Origin: Chitinophagaceae bacterium
GTDB lineage: Bacteria > Bacteroidota > Bacteroidia > Chitinophagales > Chitinophagaceae
Direction of reading: 5' to 3'
Length of the DNA: 64,000 nt
Assembly: GCA_040510375.1 (NCBI GenBank)
Contig: JBEVJC010000024.1
Coordinates: 84,071 to 148,070 of the forward strand
The notes below the pieces were generated by a model. It worked only from the letters and a program-made list of their open reading frames with translations, ran no database searches and was not told where the DNA came from. This document shows, piece after piece, positions 37,601-46,418 of this stretch; the stretch's first letter is position 1, and every line of letters starts with the position of its first letter. A program made the translations under genes and the position numbers.

Positions 37601-37763
37601 GGTTAAAAAAGCAGGGATATCAAACCTGAGGGTATTTGCAACCGGACAAAACCTGGTTACCTGGACTAAACTGCGGAATGTGGATCCTGAAAATACAAAC
37701 ACCAGCGGCTGGTATTATCCGGTGCAGGCGGTTTTTAATTTCGGTGTCAACGTCCAGTTTTAA
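34665..37763 (+). CDS. SusC/RagA family TonB-linked outer membrane protein
   Basis: CarboxypepD_reg-like N-terminus, TonB box DLVIVGYG, plug (ISILKDASSAAIFGVRGANGVLLVTTKRG). ATG at 34665 (the track start at 34659 is TTG). Confidence 0.9.
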   Translation: MRYFVRFLSMALLLIIAGSVHAQNILVSGRVTSKTTGTALASASVNLKGTNIATVTNDSGQYNLSLPPGGGMLVISYIGMATQEILATSAGSYNAILDDGTANTLADLVIVGYGSQRRANVTGAISTVATKELVQAPVADLSNALIGRVPGIITKQASGEPGADDARLYIRGQSTFSGSMEPLVVVDGIVRTFRDFSQLDANEVESISILKDASSAAIFGVRGANGVLLVTTKRGKTGKNTTSYSFNYARQEVSKFNDNLGSFEYATLLSEAQLNDGVPITYTPEQIEAFRTGSDPVLYPNTDWQRLVLGGSAGQMQHNLNFSGGTEKLKYFASLGYFDQKGLYSSLGYKRYNLRLNLDLQVTNTTKVSIDVSGRLEKRTAPPTGISQIFEHTLRNPPTIPAVYDGVGYAQIGSYTNTLRAIDPAGGYNRREDNTILTNLAIEQQIPWVKGLSLRGVLAYDKRMNFSKAWRDNVYVYTANGSGGFVQSNYNAPSLNQDYYQNHQTELQAQLNYNRRFGKHNVSALVLILRQERPVEFFGAGRSGFENGFFQALNFGPATNSTGGITETIYGNLDRFALRSAAGRINYDYDGRYLFQASLRRDETENFAPKFRRGYFPAFSAGWIVSRENFMEGTAGVLDFLKIKGSWGQLGNDKIGDELRFAYISRYQSVANNYAFGGSTLPGLNPLASNPIVQWESSTKSDIGFEARFLKGMFDIEMDFFREYRKDILGYRYSQIPSAYGGQLPPENVGAVLNRGLELNIGHSKSIDRNWSYFARANMTLVKNEIRKAPVAANLTDALNVIGRPIGAYYGYKAIGIIRDQATLDGYTVTTEFPVGLGDIMYDDLNKDGVINSNDRQYLTTGNIPELVYGISGGARWKGFEMNFLFQGADRVHQQLINNAGYAFFNGGRVSAEWLDRWNPSNPDGKLPKLSTNATATTNNYQIPGGPSYGLGGNSFWIKNAAYLRLKNAEIAYNFSTDLVKKAGISNLRVFATGQNLVTWTKLRNVDPENTNTSGWYYPVQAVFNFGVNVQF

Positions 37764-37798
37764 TTCAATCCGCCAGTTAAACTTTATAAACAAACAGT

Positions 37799-39484
37799 AT
37801 GCTTACAAGAAAATTAAAATGGATCACCGGAATACTCGTTGTGGTAATAATGACGGGTTCCTGTAAAAAGAGTTTCCTGGAACAGTTTCCCAGCGATTCC
37901 CTTTCAGATGTGACGGTCTTCCAGGATATCAACCTGGCTAACCGGGTCCTCACAAATATCTATGGCACGATGCCCAATGGATTTGCACGTCGCGACCAGA
38001 ATCCGGGTGATGCCGGATGGTCGAGGGGTATGTCGGCCTTCGCCATGGCAACCGATGATGCAGAAGGTAATAACCTTGCTGCTTCCACCCATGCACTTAA
38101 CCAGGGACAGTTACCGACTACCTGGGCGTATGCTGATGATATATGGGTAAGCCAGTATGCAGTTATTCGTAAATGCAATTCGTTCATCGAACAGATCGAT
38201 GCGGTTCCTGCTGATGCTGCACTGAAAACAAGGATGAAGGCAGAAGCCATATTCCTCCGGGCTTTTGCGTATGCCGAACTCATCAAATGTTTTGGTGGTG
38301 TACCCCTGATCATTACCACAGGCACTCCATCGGAATCCATCATTGCACGTAATACGTACGAAGAATGTGTGACGCAAATTGTAGCAGATTGTGATGCGGC
38401 TGCAGCGGACCTGCCACCGGTAATGCCTACGGCCGACCTGGGCCGCGCAACAAAGGTTGCAGCACTTGCCCTGAAAGCCCGGATCCTCCTGTATTTCGCC
38501 AGTCCGCTGAATACTCCCAACGCTGCCGATGCCACTACCCGTTTCACCGCAGCAGCAGCTGCCGGAAGGGAAGTGATGGCATTCGGACCCGCACCCGGCA
38601 GCGGCCAGTACGGACTTTATGCCGATTACTATCGCCTGTTCATGGATAAACTGGGAAACAATGAAGTGATCTTCGCCCGTAAATTCCAGAACCCAAGCAT
38701 CAACCCAAGTGATGGTGCAAGGAATAAATGGTATTTCAGCGCCAATGCAAACGACGGTGCCTGGGGTGGATTTGCTCCTACCCAAAACCTGGTGGATGCA
38801 TATGAAATGAAGAATGGTCTTCCAATCAGCGAACCAGGCTCGGGTTATGATGACCAGTCGCCCTATACCAACCGGGATAACCGCCTGGATAAAACGGTAA
38901 TCCATAATGGAACACTTTACAAACAAGGTAAAGTGATTGAAACATTCCGCGGTGGTAATGCCAACCTGCCTACCAATGGTGATTCATCTAAAACCGGATA
39001 TGGTCTGCTGAAACTGGTGGATACTTCCAAATATGGCGCAAATGGAAATGCTGATAATGACTGGATCTTTATACGATATGCCGAAGTATTGCTGAATTAT
39101 GCAGAAGCACAGAATGAAGCAGTGGGTCCCGATGCATCGGTATACACCGCCCTCAACCAGGTACGTACCAGGGCCGGCCAGCCGGCTATGACACCGGGTC
39201 TTTCACAAGCCGCCATGCGCGAAAAGATCAGGAATGAACGCAGGGTAGAACTGTGTTTTGAAGAACACCGTTTCTTCGATGTACGTCGTTGGAAATTGGG
39301 TGAAGTTTATTTCAAGGAGCCGGCACGTAAGGTATCGGTGGTGAAATTACCTGATAATAGTCTTCGGTTCACCTACCAGATCCTGGAAACAAGGGATTAT
39401 AAACCGTTCATGGATCGCCTGCCTATCCCGCAAAATGAGATAGACAAAAATGACCTGCTGATCCAGAACCCTGACTATAATTAA
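37799..39484 (+). CDS. RagB/SusD family outer membrane lipoprotein
   Basis: Lipobox MTGSC; FLRAFAYAELIKCFGGVPL, RYAEVLLNYAEA and ERRVELCFEEHRFFDVRRW. Confidence 0.9.
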   Translation: MLTRKLKWITGILVVVIMTGSCKKSFLEQFPSDSLSDVTVFQDINLANRVLTNIYGTMPNGFARRDQNPGDAGWSRGMSAFAMATDDAEGNNLAASTHALNQGQLPTTWAYADDIWVSQYAVIRKCNSFIEQIDAVPADAALKTRMKAEAIFLRAFAYAELIKCFGGVPLIITTGTPSESIIARNTYEECVTQIVADCDAAAADLPPVMPTADLGRATKVAALALKARILLYFASPLNTPNAADATTRFTAAAAAGREVMAFGPAPGSGQYGLYADYYRLFMDKLGNNEVIFARKFQNPSINPSDGARNKWYFSANANDGAWGGFAPTQNLVDAYEMKNGLPISEPGSGYDDQSPYTNRDNRLDKTVIHNGTLYKQGKVIETFRGGNANLPTNGDSSKTGYGLLKLVDTSKYGANGNADNDWIFIRYAEVLLNYAEAQNEAVGPDASVYTALNQVRTRAGQPAMTPGLSQAAMREKIRNERRVELCFEEHRFFDVRRWKLGEVYFKEPARKVSVVKLPDNSLRFTYQILETRDYKPFMDRLPIPQNEIDKNDLLIQNPDYN

Positions 39485-39577
39485 GGGGTTGGTTCTTTAA
39501 AAAATTCATTTGTTAAGCAATCGTTTAACCCTGGTTGTTCGACCGGGGTTATTTTTTATATCTTACTAAAAAATATT

Positions 39578-42500
39578 ATGCGACTCCCGCTGTTCCTGAT
39601 CTGTCTGCTGATCTTCGGTTGTTCAAGACCGGAGAAAATGTTTGAGAAGTTATCGCCCGGTACCACCGGTGTAAACTTCGTCAATACAATTACGGAGGAC
39701 AGGGAGCATAATGTTTTCACCTACCAGTATTATTACAATGGCAATGGTGTGGCAGTTGGTGATGTGAATGGTGACGGTCTCGCCGATCTGTTTTTTACCG
39801 GTAACCAGACCCCTTCCAGACTTTACCTGAATAAGGGTAACTTAAAATTTGAAGACATTACAACCACTGCCGGTGTGGCTGGAAAAAACGCCTGGCGTAC
39901 CGGAGCAAATATGGTTGATATTAATGGCGACGGCCTGCTTGATATCTATGTTTGTTATTCCGGATTCGGTACGGATGCCGACCGGGCCGAACAACTATTC
40001 ATCAACACGGGAGTTAAAAATGAAACACCAGTGTTTGTGGAAAAGGCCGCCGAATACGGACTTGAAACACCGGGAACCTATACCAGCCAGAGTGCGTTCC
40101 TGGATTATGATCTCGATGGCGACCTCGACATGTTCCAGCTTAACCATGCCAATGAGTTTTACTCTCCGTTTTTTAATACACAGAAACTCCGCACCCTTCG
40201 CCATCCACAGTATGGCAACCGCCTGTACCGGAATGATGCGGGCCATTTCACCGAAGTCAGTGATACTGCTGGTATATTCGGCGGTGGAAATAATTTCGGA
40301 CTGGGTATCGCCATCAGTGATATTAATAACGACGGATGGCCCGATATCCTGGTAAGTAACGATTTCCATGAACAGGATTACCTCTATCTCAATCACCGCG
40401 ATGGCCGGTTCACCGAAATCAGCCAGCAGGTATTCAACCACATGAGCCGGAATACCATGGGACTTGATATCGCCGATTTCAATAATGATGGCCTGCCCGA
40501 TGTAGTGACACTGGATATGCTCCCTGAATCAAACTACCGTCAGAAAATACTCCAGGGCGCAGATGAATATGACAAGTACACACTGATGGTGAACTCCGGT
40601 TATGGTCACCAGAATAACCGTAACATGTTACAGCTTAACCGCGGTTACGATGAACAGGGCCTGCCGGTATTCAGTGAAATCGGTCAGTTGTCGGGCATTT
40701 CCAATACAGACTGGAGCTGGGCATCTCTCTTTGCTGATTTTGATAATGATGGTTATAAAGACCTGTTCGTTACCAATGGTTACCTCCGCGAATCAACCAA
40801 TCTCGACTTCATGAAATATGAAGTGGCGGAAGCCATGCAGAAAGCCGCCGAAAGCGGCCTGGACGTCAGTACACCCCAGGGTTATGCCAGTAATATGCCG
40901 CTATATGACCTGGTTAAAAAAATGCCTTCAACAAGGATCAGCAATTACATGTACCGGAATAAAAAGGACCTGACATTTGCCAATGAAACCGGGGCCTGGG
41001 GACTGGATGAGCCAGGAATCAGCAGTGGCGCGGCTTACGCCGATCTCGACAACGATGGCGATCTGGATCTGATCGTATGTAATAACAATGATCCGGTATG
41101 GATTTACCAGAACCATGGCGACAGTAAGACAAAAAATAATTACCTGCGCATAAAACTCAGGGGCGACAGGCTGAATACGTATGCACTGGGCGCCAAAGTA
41201 TTTGTTGAAACAGACAGCACGGAACAAATGCAGGAAATGTACCCGGTGCGCGGTTACCAGTCGTCTGTTGATTATGTTCTCAACTTCGGACTTGGCCAGG
41301 CTTCCAATATTAAACAGGTACTGGTATACTGGACACCCGACTCTGTCACTGTTGTAAAGTCGCCCGCTATCAACAGCACAATTAATGTAAACCGGGCCGA
41401 TGCGGTGTTTCTGACACCAGCCGATACAAACAGAACTTCTCTCTTCAGCGACCTCAGTGTTAATTCCGGACTCGACTTCCGCCATCATGAAAACGCTTTT
41501 GTTGATTTCAAAAGAGAGTTCCTGATCCCCTACCAGCTCTCTCGGCAGGGACCAAAAATGTCGGTTGCAGATGTGAATGGTGACGGACTTGAAGATGTAT
41601 TCATTGGCGGAGCACTGGGTCAGGGTGGAAAAATGTTCCTGCAAAACATGGACGGCAGGTTCCGCGTTTCTGAAAGCCAGCCATGGACCGGTTCCGGCAG
41701 CGAAGAGATCGGCTCACTTTTTTTTGATGCGGATAAAGATGGCGACCCCGACCTGTACATTGTTAATGGAGGTAATGAATGGAGGATGGCAGGAGCGGAA
41801 TTGCAGGACCAGTTATACATCAATAATGGCAGGGGTTTATTTGCCCTTTCAGAAGGATCATTACCGGCGGAAGTATATAGTGGTACTTGTGTAACTGCGG
41901 CCGACTTCGACAAGGACGGCGACCTGGATCTCTTTGTAGGCGCCAGTTCTGTGCCGGGAGTTTACCCCGTCAGTACCGGTAATATTATACTGCGCAATGA
42001 TCATCGCGATGGATCCAGCCTGCCTCATTTTACAGATATTACCAGACAGGTAGCAGGTGATACCTTACTGAAAGCGGGGATGGTGACGGATGCGGAATGG
42101 GCCGACCTGGACAAAGATGGATGGCCCGACCTGGTTATTGGCGGTAACTGGATGCCGGTAACCATCTTCCATAACGAACAGGGAAAATCGTTCCGTAATA
42201 TAACCGGTGAAGCGGGTCTGCAGTCCTCCAATGGCTGGTCGTCCCGGTTACTCATCGCAGATCTCGATAATGATGGTGATCCTGATATTGTATCAGGAAA
42301 TCTTGGCAATAATACCCAGTTCCGGACAACCGCCGATGAACCCATGGTGCTTTATGCAAGTGACTTCAATGATGATGGAAGACTTGATCCGGTTATCAGC
42401 TGGTATATCCATAATATCAGTTATCCCTTTAACTCAAGGGATGAGCTGGTGGAGCAGATGCCTGCACTGAACAAACGTTTTATCCGGTATGAGGATTACG

Positions 42501-42940
42501 CGAAAGCAACCATGAATTCACTGTTCACAAAGGAGCAGATAGACAAAGCACGCAAATATTATATCTACAATACTGCAAGCCAGATCCTGATCAACAACAA
42601 GGAAAAGTTTGAAGTACGGACGCTGCCCACAGAGGTGCAGTTCAGCCTTGTCAATTCAATCCTGTATAATGACTTTGATGGAGATGGATTGAAGGACCTG
42701 TTACTTGCAGGAAATTTTTTTCCATTCCGCGCACAGCAAGGCAGGTGTGATGCAAGTATCGGCACCTTGCTTAAAGGGGATGGGAAAGGTAATTTTATAA
42801 CGGTAAACCGCCAGGAAACGGGGCTGACAATCGGTGGTGATGTCCGGGATATGGTGGAAATAAACGGAAAGACAGGCAGGCAGATCATTATATCCAAAAA
42901 CAATGATGCGGTGCAGGTTTTAAAAATTCATTCTGAGTAA
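39578..42940 (+). CDS. VCBS/FG-GAP repeat protein with ASPIC/UnbV domain (CRTAC1-like)
   Basis: Many DxNGDGxxD FG-GAP/VCBS repeats; ASPIC/UnbV-like block (RIKLRGDRLNTYALGAKVFVE...YPVRGYQSSVDYVLNFGLG). Confidence 0.8.
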   Translation: MRLPLFLICLLIFGCSRPEKMFEKLSPGTTGVNFVNTITEDREHNVFTYQYYYNGNGVAVGDVNGDGLADLFFTGNQTPSRLYLNKGNLKFEDITTTAGVAGKNAWRTGANMVDINGDGLLDIYVCYSGFGTDADRAEQLFINTGVKNETPVFVEKAAEYGLETPGTYTSQSAFLDYDLDGDLDMFQLNHANEFYSPFFNTQKLRTLRHPQYGNRLYRNDAGHFTEVSDTAGIFGGGNNFGLGIAISDINNDGWPDILVSNDFHEQDYLYLNHRDGRFTEISQQVFNHMSRNTMGLDIADFNNDGLPDVVTLDMLPESNYRQKILQGADEYDKYTLMVNSGYGHQNNRNMLQLNRGYDEQGLPVFSEIGQLSGISNTDWSWASLFADFDNDGYKDLFVTNGYLRESTNLDFMKYEVAEAMQKAAESGLDVSTPQGYASNMPLYDLVKKMPSTRISNYMYRNKKDLTFANETGAWGLDEPGISSGAAYADLDNDGDLDLIVCNNNDPVWIYQNHGDSKTKNNYLRIKLRGDRLNTYALGAKVFVETDSTEQMQEMYPVRGYQSSVDYVLNFGLGQASNIKQVLVYWTPDSVTVVKSPAINSTINVNRADAVFLTPADTNRTSLFSDLSVNSGLDFRHHENAFVDFKREFLIPYQLSRQGPKMSVADVNGDGLEDVFIGGALGQGGKMFLQNMDGRFRVSESQPWTGSGSEEIGSLFFDADKDGDPDLYIVNGGNEWRMAGAELQDQLYINNGRGLFALSEGSLPAEVYSGTCVTAADFDKDGDLDLFVGASSVPGVYPVSTGNIILRNDHRDGSSLPHFTDITRQVAGDTLLKAGMVTDAEWADLDKDGWPDLVIGGNWMPVTIFHNEQGKSFRNITGEAGLQSSNGWSSRLLIADLDNDGDPDIVSGNLGNNTQFRTTADEPMVLYASDFNDDGRLDPVISWYIHNISYPFNSRDELVEQMPALNKRFIRYEDYAKATMNSLFTKEQIDKARKYYIYNTASQILINNKEKFEVRTLPTEVQFSLVNSILYNDFDGDGLKDLLLAGNFFPFRAQQGRCDASIGTLLKGDGKGNFITVNRQETGLTIGGDVRDMVEINGKTGRQIIISKNNDAVQVLKIHSE

Positions 42941-42962
42941 ATGAAGGTCGGTGATATTACAT

Positions 42963-43010
42963 TCAATAAATGATACAGGTTCAGCATCAATAAATGGAAG
43001 ATGTTCAGCC
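42963..43010. repeat. 2 x 24-nt imperfect tandem repeat in the VCBS-GH intergenic region
   Basis: TCAATAAATGATACAGGTTCAGCA / TCAATAAATGGAAGATGTTCAGCC (18/24 identical). Confidence 0.6.
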
Positions 43011-43077
43011 ATGCGAATAATAAATTCAAACCCAAATGATCCCGGTTAAAGGGATCAAAACCTAAACAATAATAGAA

Positions 43078-44361
43078 ATGACTACAATCAGGTATGTGCT
43101 TGTTGGATTACTGGTAACATCGGTGATGGTGGCCCCTGCCCAGCCGAAATCAGGTCCGGTTAAAGTTGAACTCAGGAAGCTGGACAGCAGCTGGCAACTC
43201 GTCAGGGATGGCAAGCCCTATTTCATTAAAGGAACCGGAGGCGGCGCCTATCCCGACCGGACCGCTGCCTACGGTGGAAACTCAATCAGGACATGGAGTA
43301 CAAGGGGTGCACAAAAAATCCTTGATTCTGCAAGTAAGTATGGTCTTACCGTTTTAATGGGTCTGGATGTAGCCCGTGAACGGCATGGCTTTAATTATGA
43401 TGATACAGCTGCAGTAAAAAAACAACTGGACGAATTGCGGAAGGAGGTTTTGAAATACAAAGACCATCCGGCCCTGCTTGCATGGGGTATCGGTAATGAA
43501 TTGAACCTTCATTATACCAATCCCAAAGTCTGGGATGCGGTAAATGAAATTTCAAAAATGTGCCATGAGCTTGATAAAAATCATCCTACTTCCACCGAGC
43601 TGGCGGGCATTAACAAAAAGATGATTGATGAAATTAAAAAACGTTCGCCCGACCTGGACATACTGGGTATTAATGTATACGCATCACTTGCCGTACTCCC
43701 GGCAGCTGTCCGCACAAGCGGATGGGATAAAGCCTATATGGTCACTGAATGGGGACCTACCGGTCACTGGGAAACCCTGGAGACTGCCTGGAAACAACCT
43801 ATTGAAGAAACCAGCAGTGAAAAAGCAGGAGTATATAAAGCGCGTTATGAATTCGGTGTAGAACGTGACCTGGCCAATTGTGTGGGATCCTATGTTTTTC
43901 TCTGGGGACAAAAACAGGAACGTACTCCCACCTGGTATGGGGTCTTCACCGAAAAAGGGGAAGAGTCCGAAGTAGTGGATGTAATGCAATACCTGTGGTC
44001 GGGCAAGTGGCCGGAAAACCGGGCACCGCATATTTATTCATTACAGGTAGACGGGAAAAAAGCCATCCAGAATGTTTATATAAAAAGTGGATCCGAATAT
44101 AATGTACTGGCATTGGCCGATGATGCAGAAAAGGATAAACTTGTTTACCGTTGGGAAATCCTTCCCGAACCTACCAAGGTTGGCGATGGGGGTGATCATG
44201 AAGACCGGCCCCAACCAGTGTTGGGTCTGATCAGTTTTTCATCAGATGGAATAGCGCGTTTAAAAGCGCCCGCAAGTCCCGGTGCATACCGTTTATTTGT
44301 ATACATCACCGATGGTCACAACAATGTGGCTACTGCGAATATTCCATTTTATGTAAATTAA
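43078..44361 (+). CDS. secreted clan GH-A (TIM-barrel) glycoside hydrolase, family uncertain (GH2-TIM/GH5-like)
   Basis: Signal peptide; HPALLAWGIGNELN (acid/base NE) and MVTEWGP (nucleophile E) spaced as in clan GH-A. Confidence 0.6.
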   Translation: MTTIRYVLVGLLVTSVMVAPAQPKSGPVKVELRKLDSSWQLVRDGKPYFIKGTGGGAYPDRTAAYGGNSIRTWSTRGAQKILDSASKYGLTVLMGLDVARERHGFNYDDTAAVKKQLDELRKEVLKYKDHPALLAWGIGNELNLHYTNPKVWDAVNEISKMCHELDKNHPTSTELAGINKKMIDEIKKRSPDLDILGINVYASLAVLPAAVRTSGWDKAYMVTEWGPTGHWETLETAWKQPIEETSSEKAGVYKARYEFGVERDLANCVGSYVFLWGQKQERTPTWYGVFTEKGEESEVVDVMQYLWSGKWPENRAPHIYSLQVDGKKAIQNVYIKSGSEYNVLALADDAEKDKLVYRWEILPEPTKVGDGGDHEDRPQPVLGLISFSSDGIARLKAPASPGAYRLFVYITDGHNNVATANIPFYVN

Positions 44362-44399
44362 TTTCAGGAGTAGTTGGCCTGACACATTTTAAAATTGGG

Positions 44400-44427
44400 G
44401 GGCTGCATCTATCAAAAGATGCAGCCC
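44400..44427 (+). terminator. Rho-independent terminator candidate
   Basis: GGGCTGCATCT-ATCAAA-AGATGCAGCCC (11-bp stem) followed by TTATTTATT. Confidence 0.6.
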
Positions 44428-44471
44428 TTATTTATTAATACAATGGGATTTAAAACTGCTAGCTGGGACCA

Positions 44472-44616
44472 GGGCAAAACATTTCCTGTCCGGTGCCGTG
44501 TGGGAACAGAACAGCTTCGGAATTAAAATCAGATATACTGTATTGAAGGTAGGATCGGGGCAAAATATTACCAGTCCGGTCCCTCACGGGAACAGTACAA
44601 CTCCGAAAATAAAACC
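44472..44616. repeat. two ~62-nt imperfect direct repeats in a convergent intergenic region
   Basis: GGGCAAAACATTTCCTGTCCGGTGCCGTGTGGGAACAGAACAGCTTCGGAATTAAAATCAGA (from 44472) against GGGCAAAATATTACCAGTCCGGTCCCTCACGGGAACAGTACAACTCCGAAAATAAAACCGGA (from 44558); about 3/4 identical by eye. Confidence 0.6.
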
Positions 44617-44628
44617 GGAAATGCAGTA

Positions 44629-45060
44629 TTAAAGTGCCGCCGGGGCTGCTGCCAGTTCCTTTTCCGTCCTGTCGTCCAGGGCAATCACAGGGGCCTGTTT
44701 CGCCCTCATGATTTTTTTACGGTGGGCCATCCCCCATTTTTTCAATTCTTCCAGCACACTGCTTAATGAATCGCTGTACGGAGTAAGCTCATAAATGACG
44801 GTAACTGGTTTGGTTGGCATAACCTTCCGCTCCACAAATTCATTCAGTTCCAGGTCCTGCAATTCCTTTGAAAGGATTTTCGGAGTTATATCCCCCAGCG
44901 ACCGCTGGATCTCATTGAAACGTAACGGTCCCTCTGAAAGACTGAAAATCAGGGGAAGTTTCCATTTACCATTTAAAACATACAGCGCATCCCGGACCGC
45001 ATTCACACTGGCATTACATGCCTCCTTAGTATGGCCCGTTGGTTTAGAAAGTGTTGACAT
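44629..45060 (-). CDS. HxlR family transcriptional regulator
   Basis: VLNGKWKLPLIFSLSEGPLRFNEIQRSLGDITPKILSKELQDLELNEFVERKV. Confidence 0.85.
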   Translation of the reverse strand: MSTLSKPTGHTKEACNASVNAVRDALYVLNGKWKLPLIFSLSEGPLRFNEIQRSLGDITPKILSKELQDLELNEFVERKVMPTKPVTVIYELTPYSDSLSSVLEELKKWGMAHRKKIMRAKQAPVIALDDRTEKELAAAPAAL

Positions 45061-45162
45061 ACATTATATTTTACGTAACTATCGTAAAGGATACTACTAT
45101 CTTTTCGGATACTAATATCTTAAAGAAAGCAAAGATAGGTAGCTTTGCCGAAACAATTACAA

Positions 45163-45555
45163 ATGAAGACTACGAAAGTTATTTATTGGACCTCAACAAT
45201 TCTTGTTTCTTTGATGATGGCATTTTCGGCCTATGCTTATTTCACTAATCCGGAAGTCAATGCTGGGTTCCTCCATCTCGGATTCTCTTCCAATTTCCGT
45301 GTGCAACTTGGAATCGCAAAAATACTTGGTGTGGTGGGATTGCTGATACCGGGGCTGACCGGAGGAGTAAGTGTGATCAAGGAATGGGTGTATGCCGGTT
45401 TTACGTTTACGTTTATTGCAGCCTTTCTTGCGCATACAACATCGGGCGACCCAGCGAAAGTGGCCCTGTTCCCGCTGGTGATGCTGGCCGTACTTGCCGT
45501 TTCGTATATCAGTTATAAAAAATTGCAGAAAGGTCAAACCAGGGTGGCCATCTAA
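45163..45555 (+). CDS. DoxX-like small membrane protein
   Basis: 4 TM helices, divergent from HxlR (a common pairing). ATG at 45163 (the track start at 45145 is TTG). Confidence 0.65.
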   Translation: MKTTKVIYWTSTILVSLMMAFSAYAYFTNPEVNAGFLHLGFSSNFRVQLGIAKILGVVGLLIPGLTGGVSVIKEWVYAGFTFTFIAAFLAHTTSGDPAKVALFPLVMLAVLAVSYISYKKLQKGQTRVAI

Positions 45556-45695
45556 TTTTACAACCCGTTAATTTCCCGGGTGGTCTGCGATTTTATCGGA
45601 AATGGAATGGTTTTTTAACCGGCATCCGGAGTTATTTACCGGAACAAGGTAATAGACGCTCCATATTCGATAAATTGCAATGACAAATTAAAATT

Positions 45696-45947
45696 ATGTC
45701 AGACCAGCATAAATTGGAGCTTCTTCGTTTTATCAGCAGCGACGCAACTGTCGGTGAGCCCGCACGCCTGAGTTTCACCTCAGTGAGCAAGTCGACCACA
45801 ATTGAAAAAAAAGAAGCCGACCAATTCCTCACCGAATTAAACAAGGAACGTTTCATTACGCAGTATGCAAAAAAAGGAGTGGATGGGTTTACAGTCGTAC
45901 TCACCCAGAAAGGCCTGGATGCGGTGCAGGATGAATCATTTATTTAA
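45696..45947 (+). CDS. 83-aa hypothetical protein (possibly winged-helix-like)
   Basis: ATG ORF followed 2 nt later by a strong terminator hairpin. The antisense 90-aa ORF (45632-45904) has no such signal. Confidence 0.5.
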   Translation: MSDQHKLELLRFISSDATVGEPARLSFTSVSKSTTIEKKEADQFLTELNKERFITQYAKKGVDGFTVVLTQKGLDAVQDESFI

Positions 45948-45948
45948 A

Positions 45949-45986
45949 CAGACGGACCGGTCCTTTGAAGGACCGGTCTGTTTTTT
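45949..45986 (+). terminator. Rho-independent terminator
   Basis: GGACCGGTCC...GGACCGGTC stem (9 bp plus extensions) followed by TTTTTT. Confidence 0.7.
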
Positions 45987-46098
45987 GGAAGAAGTTGCAT
46001 TTGTACAATATACGGTGACCTTCAAAACGGCTGACCGCTTCCCTTTTTATTAACTTTGAAAGGAGTTCCGCACATTTCTCACCTTCAAAGCACCGATT

Positions 46099-46350
46099 AT
46101 GTCAGACCAACGTGAAACCATCGATCCCGGCAAGAGTTTCTACCCGCTAATCGTTGAACTCTTTGAAAAAAAACAAATGGCCGGAATCCTGTACGAAGAC
46201 CATGGGGTTACCCGGGCAAACGGGATGATAACTGCCGTTTATGAAAAGGATGGCGAATACTGGTTCACCCTGAATGATGAGTTGCAGATTCGGGTCAACA
46301 GTCTTGATGCCGTTAACGGCACGTTCAAATCGGATTATACGGAATGCTGA
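46099..46350 (+). CDS. 83-aa hypothetical protein
   Basis: ATG ORF in the same orientation as the transglutaminase-like gene and 68 nt upstream of it. It has a faint resemblance to small Rof-like beta proteins, which I cannot support further. Confidence 0.45.
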   Translation: MSDQRETIDPGKSFYPLIVELFEKKQMAGILYEDHGVTRANGMITAVYEKDGEYWFTLNDELQIRVNSLDAVNGTFKSDYTEC

Positions 46351-46418
46351 GACAGTGCCGGTTTAAGCCGTAAAGGGTTAATACGGGCTGCAATAATTTT
46401 GTTTGTACCTTCCGGCGA

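Noticed and set aside
38111-38926. 271-aa antisense ORF inside the SusD gene. Similar long antisense ORFs lie at 37960-38547, 40928-41644, 25128-25805, 28198-28827, 51275-51901 and 13291-13893
   Set aside because: Each lies fully inside, and opposite to, a gene with clear family motifs. The translations are low-complexity (Cys/Arg/Ser/Pro-rich) with no motif, signal or start context. They are most likely stop-poor antisense frames.
45632-45904. 90-aa minus-strand ORF overlapping the 83-aa plus-strand ORF
   Set aside because: The plus-strand ORF has an ATG start and is followed directly by a strong terminator. The minus-strand ORF has neither and has an odd composition.
46099-46350. Calling the second 83-aa ORF a Rof-like Rho-binding antiterminator
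   Set aside because: Only size and a vague beta-rich pattern resemble Rof, and I cannot point to a conserved motif. I left it as hypothetical.
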